From NCBI GenBank assembly GCA_963827275.1, contig CAWHAA010000008.1:352001-416000 (forward strand): a stretch of DNA of 64,000 nucleotides. Reading direction: 5' to 3'. Position numbers and translations under genes: made by a program. Origin of the DNA: an uncultured Spirochaetota bacterium (GTDB lineage: Bacteria; Spirochaetota; UBA4802; UBA5550). Every line of letters begins with the position of its first letter. Positions within the stretch are counted from its first letter, which is position 1. The notes beneath the pieces were generated by a model, which had not been told where the DNA came from, did not search any database, and saw only the letters and a program-made list of their open reading frames with translations. Of this stretch, positions 11,361-21,321 are shown in pieces.

Positions 11361-11390
11361 AAACATAACGATGTTATGTTTAAAGGTCAA
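11361..11390 (-). promoter_or_regulatory. Sigma70 promoter overlapped by a perfect 9-3-9 palindrome (putative TetR operator)
   Basis: Minus strand: TTGACC (11390-11385), 17 bp, TATGTT; AAACATAAC-GAT-GTTATGTTT at 11361-11381 covers the spacer and -10. Confidence 0.65.
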
Positions 11391-11502
11391 GAAAAAATAT
11401 GATTTTTTTGTTGCCATGCGGACCGCGGTCCGGATAGTGAGGGAGACCCGGCCCAGCCGTGCGGGCCCTGGAATGCTATAATTAAAAACGACAGGAGCGG
11501 TT

Positions 11503-11880
11503 ATGAAATTTTCATTATTACTCTTCGGCCTCTACAAGATGATGCAGCGGACTGCGAAGAAGGTCCCGGAATTCAAGAACAAGCTCAAAGAAAAGGATTA
11601 TACCGTTGTCATAAAAACCGAAGACGGCAAAAAGGGTCGCTCGTATACATTTGCCGGCGGCGATATCTCCTCCCGGAGCGGGGACAGCGCAGGCGCGAAC
11701 CTCACCTTGGCATGGAAGGATGCCGCGACAGGGTTCAGGATCATGTCCAAGGGAAAGACCAAGGCCTTCATCGCGGCGCTGCAGGACGGGTCCCTCAAGC
11801 TGCAGGGTGACGGGAACCTTGTCCCGGTCTTTCTCGGTGCGGTCAAGGACATGATGAAAGGATTTAAAAAGAAAAAGTAA
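11503..11880 (+). CDS. SCP2 sterol/lipid-binding-like protein
   Basis: 125 aa with SCP2-like C-terminus (ALQDGSLKLQGDG); AGGAG RBS; divergent from the fatty-acid operon. Confidence 0.6.
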   Translation: MKFSLLLFGLYKMMQRTAKKVPEFKNKLKEKDYTVVIKTEDGKKGRSYTFAGGDISSRSGDSAGANLTLAWKDAATGFRIMSKGKTKAFIAALQDGSLKLQGDGNLVPVFLGAVKDMMKGFKKKK

Positions 11881-11888
11881 GGAAACCG

Positions 11889-13355
11889 ATGCATCAGAAA
11901 GCGACGCCATCTCTGGGCGCTTATCTGCCCGGCAAGCTGCGACAGGCGGCGGACGACAGCGCCCGCTTGATGGACATGATCAACCGTCTCACCCAGATCG
12001 CCTATGAAAAGGGGACGCGCAAAGGTGATATCGCTATCAGGGAAAAGCTGAAGGGGGTCGTCGGCGAGGTCGAGGAGCAGTACCGCGCTCTCCGTCTTTT
12101 CGCATCCGGCAAGAGCGGCGAAATTGACGCTTTCAGGGAGCTGCTCGATTTTTTCGACAGGCGGTTCCTCGATCATTCGGTGGTGGGAGCGCGCCTCGAT
12201 GCGCTGAAGGATGAAATCGCCGGCCAGGAGAAGCTCGACCAGGACCACAACACAAGGCATGCCGCTGAAGGCTATGTCCGCAAGGTCAACAGGTATGTGA
12301 AAGACCTGGAACGCGATTTGGCCGAGTGGGAAAAATATTTTTTATACCACGCCGAGCCGAAGCTCCGCAGGGTGCTTCACGATATCAATGAAATCGTGCT
12401 GTATTACGGTATTGACAGCGGGTTCAGGCGGCTCATAACAAACGACGATGTGTTTTCCCGGAGCGGTACCGCGTATGCGGACTTCAAGAAGGGGCTTGCC
12501 AGGTATGCCCGGACCTATATCAAGCTGGCACGGGCGCCGATGCCGGATGCGGACATCAGGGAGCTGATGAACCGTATCCTGCAGCAGATGGGGTTCCGCA
12601 ATCCTATCATGCGTACCAGGAACATCAACCAGGAAAAATACAACGAGATACTGACCGAGATCATCACAGAGGGGAGGCTTGCTGAATATGCGGAGAACTA
12701 TGCCGGCATGTCAGGCGGTGCGCTCGATGCGATCCGCGAGCATGAAAAACAGCGGGAGGGCCGGCTCCCCGATGTAAAGGACGTGTTCAGGGTGCTGGAG
12801 GACCTGTGCAATCTCGATGATGCGGTGAAGCCCGTCCGCGCTGGCACCGCCAAGGGACTCGCCCGTAATGAAAGCGGCCGCTTCCTTTTCCATGTGCCCG
12901 GCGCGTCGGAATACACCCTTAAAACCGTTTCGGAGTATCTCCGCGATTCCCACATATTTGTGGTTGACTGGATGTACAGGGAATTGCAGAAGACCCCTTC
13001 CCTGTCGCGGCTCATGGAGCCGCTGCTGGCGCTACTCCCTGCCATTCAGGAATTCATCGGGCGGTATGTGAACGCGCTCGAGACCGCGTCCGAAAAGACC
13101 AACCAGGCCGCCGCGTCCCTCCTGTCCGGCGAGAAGCACTATATTTCGAAAGAAATCGCCGGCGACCTGATCGAATCGATACGCAGGAACTGCGACGGGG
13201 TAAAAAGCGCCCTGATTGAGCTGTCCTATAACGCAGGCAGCAGCTCGTATAACAGGTCTGGGGTGCTCTCAAAAAAAATCGATATCCTGAAAGATTCCTG
13301 CAGCTCTTCCTTTGCAAAGATCGGCAAGGGGATTTCTGAAATGGACAGGAAGTGA
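11889..13355 (+). CDS. Hypothetical, predominantly alpha-helical protein
   Basis: 488-aa ORF with host-like codon usage, 8 bp after the SCP2 gene; no motif recognised. Confidence 0.7.
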   Translation: MHQKATPSLGAYLPGKLRQAADDSARLMDMINRLTQIAYEKGTRKGDIAIREKLKGVVGEVEEQYRALRLFASGKSGEIDAFRELLDFFDRRFLDHSVVGARLDALKDEIAGQEKLDQDHNTRHAAEGYVRKVNRYVKDLERDLAEWEKYFLYHAEPKLRRVLHDINEIVLYYGIDSGFRRLITNDDVFSRSGTAYADFKKGLARYARTYIKLARAPMPDADIRELMNRILQQMGFRNPIMRTRNINQEKYNEILTEIITEGRLAEYAENYAGMSGGALDAIREHEKQREGRLPDVKDVFRVLEDLCNLDDAVKPVRAGTAKGLARNESGRFLFHVPGASEYTLKTVSEYLRDSHIFVVDWMYRELQKTPSLSRLMEPLLALLPAIQEFIGRYVNALETASEKTNQAAASLLSGEKHYISKEIAGDLIESIRRNCDGVKSALIELSYNAGSSSYNRSGVLSKKIDILKDSCSSSFAKIGKGISEMDRK

Positions 13356-13380
13356 GCAGGGGCGGCCCGCCTGCCCCGCG

Positions 13381-14083
13381 TCAGATTCCGCGGATCTCGC
13401 ACCGGTCAGCGAAGGTGCGGGCGAAATCCCTGAACTGTATAAGGGTCTCCGCCGGGTATGGTTCGATCGCGCTCCATGAAGGATCAAGGAGCGGGACATC
13501 GCGCTGGAACTGCTGGAGGTAGTAGTTGCTGACCCGGCCGATCGCGTCCCTGATGGCGGCAAGGTCGTCACGCGTTACGTATCCGGGGACGCAGGTGGTG
13601 CGTATTTCGTAATCGATCCCCTCCGACCTTATGATATCGAGGCTCTCCGCTATCTTCCCGAAGTCGGCGTCGCGGTTGGTCACCGCGCGGTAGTTTCCCG
13701 GCGAGGTCTTTATGTCGATCGCCGCGTAGTCGATGAGCCCTGTTCTTGACAAGGCGCGCAAGGACATGCGGGAGCAGCCCGTTGGAATCGAGTTTCACCG
13801 CGAGGCCCATCTCTTTTATTGATCCGATGAAGGAATCTAAGTTCGGGGAGAGGGTCGGCTCGCCGCCGGTGATGGTGACGCCATCAATGAGTTTTTTTCT
13901 CTTCTGTAGATGAGCGCGAGCGCTTCCTCGTTACCCGTCAGCGCCAGGTCATGGGAGTCGGCGACGAGGTCGGGATTATGGCAGTATCCGCATCGGAGGT
14001 TGCAGCCCCCGCGTAAACAGGACGGTGCATATCTTGCCCGGGAAATCGATGAGGGAGGTTTTATAGATTCCCCTGATATTCAT
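13381..14083 (-). CDS. nrdG: Anaerobic ribonucleotide reductase activating radical SAM enzyme (frameshifted)
   Basis: Reconstructed MNIRGIYKTSLIDFPGK..GCNLRCGYCHNP, GVTITGGEPTL, VKLDSNG, IDYAAIDIK, YEIRTT, YYLQQF. Confidence 0.88.
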
Positions 14084-14229
14084 AGGCGGGCGCCTGTTCC
14101 AGTCCGGTAGACTTTTCTTTCGCGTGAATTCTTCCTGCTTGCCCTTGTTCCACTGGTTTACCGGCCTGAAATATCCGACAACGCGGGAATAGACTTCGAC
14201 AGGGACTCTTAAGCTTCTTTCTTGTTCAT
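14080..14229 (-). CDS. Stand-alone glycyl-radical domain of class III RNR (~50 aa, NrdDb-like; frameshifted as read)
   Basis: Minus strand reads VPVEVYSRVVGYFRPVNQWNKGKQEEF; own GGAG RBS and ATG at 14229; not listed in the ORF track. Confidence 0.8.
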
Positions 14230-14330
14230 GTATATATCTCCCGTAGTATAGTAGTATAACGGCCTATGCCCGAAACGGGGGCCGGCAGGGACCCGGATTA
14301 TGTCGGATTCCCCTGATATAGTAATCGGCA

Positions 14331-16367
14331 TTATGCCCCGTCAACTTCAATACCAAATTCGATAAGCTGGTCCTCGGAATGGTCATAGGGACAGTAATTT
14401 ATGCGCCCCGGAGATATACCCGTGCACCGGGCATACGCTGAACGTCGGCGTAATGGTAAAATAGGGCAGCGAGTAGTTTTCCGCGATTTTTTTCACCAGC
14501 ATTCTTTACCGACTGGATGTCATTGATCTTTTCACCGAGGAAGAGGTGCACGACGGTACCGCCGGTAAACTTCGTCTGGAGCTCGTCCTGGTGGTCGAGC
14601 ACGTCGAACAGGTCGTCGGTGTGCCCCACCGGCAGGTGGACGGAATTCGTGTAATAGGGCTCCTGCCGCCCGACGTCTTGATGTCCCGGAAGAGCTTCCT
14701 GTCATGCATGGCGAACCGGTAGCTCACGCCCTCGGCCGGAGTGGCCTCGAGGTTGTAGAAGTTCCCGGTCTCCTCCTGGAACTTCATGATCCTGTCCCGC
14801 ATGAAATCGAGGATCTTGAGCGCGAAGTCCTTTCCCTCGATCGAGGCGATGTCGGTGTTGAGCATGTTCAGGCAGGTCTCGTTCATGCCGATCAGGCCGA
14901 TGGTGGAGAAGTGGTTGATCCAGTATTTCTTGTTCCGTTCGTAAATGCCTGAGAGGTAGTGCTTTGTGTAGGGATACAGGTTGTTTTCGGTGAAATTTTC
15001 CAGCGCCTTGCGCTTGATCTCCAGCGAGTTTTTCGCAAGGACCATGAGGCGCTCCAGCGTCTCGAAGAACTCGCCCTCGCTCTTCGACGTATAGGCGATG
15101 CGCGGCAGGTTGATGGTGACCACGCCGATGCTGCCGGTGAGGGGGTTCGCACCGAACAGGCCGCCGCCCCGCTTCCGGAGCTCGCGGTTGTCGAGCCGGA
15201 GGCGGCAGCACATGGACCGCGCGTCCTCCGGGTCCATGTCGGAGTTTATGAAATTCGCGAAGTAGGGGATGCCGTATTTCGCGGTCATCTCCCACATCAG
15301 GTCGAGCCGGGCGTTGTCCCAGTCAAAATCCTTGGTGATGTTGTAGGTGGGGATCGGGAAGGTGAAGATCCTGTTTTTCGCGTCGCCTTCCGACATCGCC
15401 TCGGCGAAGGCCATGTTGAACATGTCCATCTCTTCCTGGAAGTCGCCGTAGGTCTTTTCCCGGACCTCGCCGCCTATGATGACGTATTCGCCGGCGATGT
15501 TGCGCGGCACCGTGAGGTCCAGGGTCACATTGGTGAAGGGTGTCTGGAACCCTACCCGGGTGGGGATGTTCATGTTGAAGATGAACTCCTGGAGGCACTG
15601 CTGTCACCTCTTCATAGGAAAGCTTGTCATACCAGATGAAGGGCGCCAGGTACGTGTCGAAGTTGGCGAAGGCCTGGGCGCCGGCGGATTCGCCCTGGAG
15701 CGTGTAGAAAAAATTCACCACGTGGCCCAGGGCGCTCCGGAAATGCTTTGCCGGCCTGCTCTCGACTTTCCCCGGCACGCCGCCGAATCCGCGCATGCAG
15801 CAGGTCGCGCAGGTCCCATCCGACGCAGTAGGCGGAGAGGAGCCCCAGGTCATGGATATGGAAATCGCAGTTCACGTGCGCGTTCCGGATCTCCGGCGGA
15901 TAGATCCGCTCGAGCCAGTATTTCGCGGTTATCGCCGTGGCGATGTGGTTGTTCAGCCCCTGGAGGGAATAGCTCATGTTGCTGTTTTCGTTGACGCGCC
16001 AGTCGGAGCGGTCCAGGTAGCTTTCGATCAGTTCGAGCCCCTCGGTGAGAAGGCTTTTTCCTTCGCGGATCTTCCGGTGCTGCTCGCGGTAGATGATGTA
16101 GGCCTTGGCGACCTTGGCGTGGCCCCGCTCGATGAGCATTTTCTCGACCAGGTCCTGGACGTTCTCCACCGTGGGTATCCTGCCGTCCTTGTAGATGATG
16201 TTGAGGATGCCAATGATCGAGTCGGAGATGGCCTGGGCGGTGTTGCGGTCGCTTCCGCCGACGGCCTGGGCGGCTTTGTAGATGGCATCGGTGATTTTTT
16301 CCGGGTAGAAGGGGACGATTCTTCCATCGCGTTTTCTTATGAAGCTTGAATTGGTGTCGTCAGCCAT
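14331..16367 (-). CDS. nrdD: Class III anaerobic ribonucleoside-triphosphate reductase, large subunit with ATP cone (frameshifted)
   Basis: ATP cone IRKRDGR..VENVQDLVE..AKAYIIYR; HIHDL..YCVGW; FTFPIPTY; finger loop SMCCRL; YNLEATPAEG; FTGGT; CPVHG; reconstructed stop TAA at 14331-14333. Confidence 0.92.
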
Positions 16368-16771
16368 CTGGTAACTCCGGGAAAACGAGAGGTTAATTTT
16401 GTATATACAAAATAATGAAATGTCGTTAAAAAAATAGAATTAGTTACTGCGTCAGGAAGAGAAATACTAATGTGACATAATCTTTCATGGTTGCTATGCT
16501 ACTTGTATATCCCATCATAATAAAAAGTCAATAAAAAATATTATGTCTCTCTAAAAAATTTTTTAAAAACTCATGTAAATTAAACAATGAGTTCAATTTA
16601 TACTTTTTTTGAAATTATTTTAAACAGGAAAACAGATGGCATGAAATTAACCCCGGGTATATTAATAATGAATAAAAAAAACTTGTATTCAGGGACTGAA
16701 GCTGGATTAATAAAATAAACCATGGGGAGCAAGCAATCTCGTATAATAAATTTTCACCTGAAGGTGCAATT

Positions 16772-17053
16772 ATGATAGAATTGACACATGTTGAAGGGAA
16801 AAATATCGGGAAACTGGTGCTGTACGCCCTATCCACCTGCATCTGGTGCAAAAAAACCAGGCAATTGCTCGATGATCTCAGGGTCGAGTACTATGTTACC
16901 TATGTTGACCTCCTGGAGGGCGATGATAACTCGTACGCAAAAAGCGAGGTAAAAAAATGGAACCCGCAATGCTCATTCCCCACGCTTGTCGTCAATGAGG
17001 AATCGTGCATCACCGGCTATGATGAAAAAAGGATACGGGAGCTGGCCAAATGA
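16772..17053 (+). CDS. Glutaredoxin-like protein (methanoredoxin-like, CIWC)
   Basis: LYALSTCIWCKKT active site, cis-Pro SFPT, ITGYD; stop overlaps the next ATG. Confidence 0.88.
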   Translation: MIELTHVEGKNIGKLVLYALSTCIWCKKTRQLLDDLRVEYYVTYVDLLEGDDNSYAKSEVKKWNPQCSFPTLVVNEESCITGYDEKRIRELAK

Positions 17054-17565
17054 TGCCGCCGCGCGATCCTGCTCCGCCTGTGGTGGAAGCGCTCTACGAT
17101 GAGCTGCTCGACGACGCAGGCCGCGCCGGGTATTATCTGAACCCCGACGAAGCGTTCACGAAGGACCTGGTCCGGGGCCTCCTCATCAATGAAGAGAGGT
17201 ACGGGTACCGGGCCTGTCCCTGCAGGCTCGCGGCCGGGAGCCTGCGCGATGACAATGACATTATCTGTCCCTGCGATTATCGCGATGCCGATCTCACTGA
17301 ACACGGCGCCTGCTACTGCGGGCTGTATGTTTCGGGCGGGATACATGGGGGCAGGGAAGCCCTCATGCCGGTACCGGAGCGGCGTCCGCCGGAAGAGGAA
17401 CGCACGATGAAAAAAGAACAATCGGACCTGCCCCGGGATGCTACCGCATTGAGCTTCCCCGTGTGGCGGTGCAGGGTGTGCGGCTACCTCTGCGCCCGCG
17501 AAGAACCGCCGGAGATATGCCCCGTCTGCAAGGCAAAGCATGACCGGTTCGAGCGGTTCATGTAA
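17050..17565 (+). CDS. Ferredoxin:thioredoxin reductase catalytic subunit fused to rubredoxin (ferredoxin:disulfide reductase-like)
   Basis: CPC..CPC..CYC triad (RACPCR, IICPCD, GACYCG); C-terminal WRCRVCGY..CPVC. Confidence 0.9.
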   Translation: MMPPRDPAPPVVEALYDELLDDAGRAGYYLNPDEAFTKDLVRGLLINEERYGYRACPCRLAAGSLRDDNDIICPCDYRDADLTEHGACYCGLYVSGGIHGGREALMPVPERRPPEEERTMKKEQSDLPRDATALSFPVWRCRVCGYLCAREEPPEICPVCKAKHDRFERFM

Positions 17566-17680
17566 CGGCGGGAGGCGGCCATACTACCCGTCAAGTTTGC
17601 CCCGGGTAGTGACGATATTGTATAAAGAAGTTGCCTTGTTTTCTTAGAAGGCCCCGTACTACATATTCAAGGACACTGCG

Positions 17681-18202
17681 ATGAAAAGAGCCATATGCTG
17701 CGCCTGCGTTCTTATACTGATTGTCATGATGACCGTGTCACAGGGGAGCACCCAGTTCAAGTCAGATATGATCGACGCCGTGGCATTGACCGGTGGGGAT
17801 ATACCGGAAGGCTTCATGTTCGGCAAGATCCCTGAGCCTTATAGCAAAACATTGAAAGGCAACCCCTGGCTGATGGACAGGGCGGCGATCAAGCGGCTCG
17901 CCGGCAAGGTCTATCCGAACGGCGATTATAATAAAATAGCCGGCATGCATGTATCGATACTCGCCGACAAGAAAACGCCGTATGGGGACGATATCGTCTG
18001 CTACGTCATACTTTACACCGGCCTCAAGGCCGCCCAGGCGGAGATCAGGAAGGTCGCGGAGTTTGCCGACTTCAACAGGGACAGGGCCATTCTCATAACG
18101 AGGGACAACCTTGCGGTCATTCTGTTCGTTGATGACGTGAATAATCTTCACCTGATCCAGGAGCTGGCCCGGACCCTGGAGGGACGGATGAAGAATTTGT
18201 AA
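17681..18202 (+). CDS. Hypothetical exported protein
   Basis: 173 aa with signal-peptide-like N-terminus; AAGGA RBS. Confidence 0.65.
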   Translation: MKRAICCACVLILIVMMTVSQGSTQFKSDMIDAVALTGGDIPEGFMFGKIPEPYSKTLKGNPWLMDRAAIKRLAGKVYPNGDYNKIAGMHVSILADKKTPYGDDIVCYVILYTGLKAAQAEIRKVAEFADFNRDRAILITRDNLAVILFVDDVNNLHLIQELARTLEGRMKNL

Positions 18203-18452
18203 TCGTTGCTGCCTGGCCCCCAAACCCCCAGGATGGGGGCCTGAAAAACTTTTTATTCATGATGCTTGACGTTTTATAAAATATTTTCTATTTTATTAAT
18301 ATCCTGTTATTTCCTATCCTGTTGCTTAAATTCCTTGCATTTTTTATATTTTGCTGCCTGATTGATGGGGATCCCCTCCATCCGTTTTTTAATGCTTATG
18401 GAGCGGACCCTTTTCACGCGCGGTCGGATATTTTTTCTGGAGTGTGAGAGAT

Positions 18453-21037
18453 ATGAGAATGGATAAAATGACACTGAAGGCGCAGGACGCCATAAATACG
18501 GCGCAGAACATCGCCACGGACCTGAACCACTACGAGATCCAGCCGGAGCATCTGCTCCTGGCGCTCGTGGACCAGGACGACGGCATTTTCGGGTCGATCG
18601 CGCAGAAGATCGGCGACGCCGCTCAATGATCTGAAGGCCGAGGCTGACGCGGCGGTGAAATCGATGCCGCGCCAGGTGGGCGGCGGGCCGGGCGGCGGCG
18701 CCCTGTCGTCCGCGCTGCGTGACATCCTGAACGAGGCGTGGAACGAGGCCGTGGGGCTCAAGGACGAGTACTTGAGCACGGAGCACATGATACTTGCCCT
18801 TGCGTCCAAGGGAAGCGGCAAGGCGAAGAAGATCATGAACGGGCACGGCTTTATCCGCGACAATATCCTCAAGGTCCTGAAAGACATCCGCGGCAGCAAG
18901 AGGGCCGATGACCCGAGCTGCCGAGGACAAGTACAACGCCCTGGACCGGTACAGCAGGGACCTCACGAAGCTCGCGCGCATGAACAAGCTTGACCCGGTG
19001 ATCGGCAGGAACGAGGAGATACGGCGGGTCATGCAGGTGCTCACGCGGCGCACAAAGAACAACCCGGTGCTGATCGGCGAGCCGGGCGTCGGAAAGACGG
19101 CCATCGTGGAGGGACTGGCGCGGCGCATCGTCGAGGGCGACGTGCCGGAGAACCTGAAAAACAAGCGCCTGGTGGGCCTGGACATGGGGGCGCTGATCGC
19201 CGGCGCAAAGTACCGCGGCGAGTTCGAGGAGCGGCTCAAGGCGGTCATTAACGAGGTAGAGGAGTCGGCAGGGGACGTGATCCTCTTCATCGACGAGCTC
19301 CACACCCTGGTGGGCGCGGGCGCCGCGGAAGGCGCGGTGGACGCTTCCAACATGCTGAAGCCGGCCCTGGCGCGGGGCGACCTCCGGTGCATCGGCGCCA
19401 CCACGCTCAACGAGTACCAGAAGTATATCGAGAAGGACAAGGCGCTGGAGCGGCGGTTCCAGCCGGTCCTTACCAGGGAGCCTTCGGTCGAGGACACCAT
19501 CGCCATCCTCCGCGGGCTCAAGGAAAAGTACGAGGTGCACCACGGCGTTCGCATATCCGATTCGGCGTGCGTTTCCGCGGCCGTGCTCTCGGACCGGTAT
19601 ATCACCGACCGCTTCCTGCCCGACAAGGCCATCGACCTGGTGGACGAGGCGGCGTCGCGCATCAAGATGGAGATCGACTCGATGCCGATCGAAATCGACG
19701 AGATCGAGCGGAAGGTGCGGCAGCTCATGATCGAGTCCGAGGCGCTGAAGAAGGAAAAGGACGCCGCGTCCAAGAACCGGCTGGAGAAGATAAAGGAGCA
19801 GCTGGCGAACCTGAACGAGAAAAAGAACGGCCTCGTGGCCCAGTGGAAGAACGAGAAGGGCATCATCACCGACATACGGAAGATCAAGGAGCAGATCGAG
19901 CAGCTCCGCATGGATGAACAGCGCGCCGAGCGCGAGGGCAACCTGAACCTGGTCGCCGAGATCCGCTACGGGAGGATCGGCGAGCTCGAGAAAAAGCTGA
20001 CCGTTGCCAACGACCGGCTCAAGTCGATGCAGGGGGACAAGACCCTTCTGAAAGAGGAGGTCACCGAGCAGGAGATCGCGGCGGTGGTGTCCCGCTGGAC
20101 CGGCATCCCGGTGTCGCGGATGCTGGAGGGCGAAAAGGAAAAATTATTAAAAATGGAATCGCTCCTCGAAAAGCGGGTCGTGGGACAGGAGGAGGCGATC
20201 AACGCCATCTCGAGCGCGGTGCGCCGCTCCCGCTCGGGCATCCAGGAGCCGAACCGGCCCATCGGGTCCTTCATCTTTCTCGGCCCGACCGGCGTCGGCA
20301 AGACCGAAACGGCGAAGGCCGTGGCCGAGTTCATGTTCAACGACGAGAAGGCCATCATCCGCATCGACATGTCCGAATACATGGAAAAGCACACGGTGGC
20401 GCGGCTTATCGGGGCGCCCCCGGGATACGTCGGGTACGAGGAGGGCGGCCAGCTCACCGAGGCGGTGCGGCGCCGGCCTTACGCGGTGATCCTGTTCGAT
20501 GAGATCGAGAAGGCGCACCCCGACGTGTTCAACATCTTCCTCCAGATCCTTGACGAGGGGAGGCTCACCGACTCGAAGGGCCGGGTGGTCGATTTCAAGA
20601 ACGCCCTGATCATCATGACGTCGAACATCGGGACCTCGTACATCAGTGATCCCGATATCCCCTATGAAAAGAGGAAGGCCGGCGTGGAGAAGGAGCTCAA
20701 GGCCTATTTCAAACCGGAGTTCCTGAACCGGGTGGACGAGGTGATCATCTTCAACCCGCTTTCCCGCGAAAACATCGCGGAGATCGTCAAGCTGCAGCTC
20801 GCCAGGGTGGCGGTGCGGCTGAAGGAGCGGGGGATCTCGCTTGAAATTTCGAAAAGGGCGCTTGAATTTATCGTCCAGGAGGGGTATGATCCGCAGTTCG
20901 GCGCACGGCCGCTCAACCGGGCCATACAGAAGCACCTCCTCAACCCCCTGTCGGTGCGGCTTCTTTCAGGTGAGTCTCTTGCGGACCAGAAGCTCAAGGT
21001 GGATTCCGACGGGAAAAAGATTGTTTTTGGCAAATAA
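18453..21037 (+). CDS. clpB: ATP-dependent chaperone ClpB (two frameshifts, near 18615 and 18915)
   Basis: Clp N-domain EHLLLAL; Walker A motifs GEPGVGKT and GPTGVGKTE; coiled-coil middle domain with [22 protein letters not shown]. Confidence 0.95.
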
Positions 21038-21321
21038 AGCCGAAAACCGGGCCGCAGCGGTGCAGGGGGGGCTCCGGCGCGCCCCTGTACGGGGACGCGA
21101 TGGTTTCCCGGGCCGGGGCCGGGGAAAACCACTATGACCCGGTCAGGGCGTTTCCCTCCTGGTCCCCGCATTCAGAGCGAAAGTCTTTCCCTCTACGTAA
21201 TCTGTCTTGACAGATAAAACGATGCATGGCTTTTGTGTTTATTGTTTTTCAGCCCTTACGTTAGCTGCACCTGTGTGGATTCATTATACTGAGCAGATAG
21301 TTCCGATTATAACAAAACAAT

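Noticed and set aside
14030..14200. Apparent in-frame fusion of the glycyl-radical peptide to NrdG
   Set aside because: Removing one base near 14125 restores the canonical EEFRERKVY tail and a TGA overlapping the nrdG ATG; the region is error-rich, so the fusion is probably an artefact
16370..16770. NrdR boxes or CRP/FNR/Rex sites between nrdD and the glutaredoxin gene
   Set aside because: AT-rich, but I found no convincing match to these consensus palindromes
18240..18452. CIRCE (HrcA) or CtsR heat-shock operator upstream of clpB
   Set aside because: No TTAGCACTC-N9-GAGTGCTAA or heptad direct repeats visible
18307..19941. Long antisense or overlapping ORFs (also 2918-3928, 38884-40473, 50142-51938 and others)
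   Set aside because: Shadow ORFs expected opposite GC-rich genes; they lack motifs and the opposite strand carries clear conserved proteins
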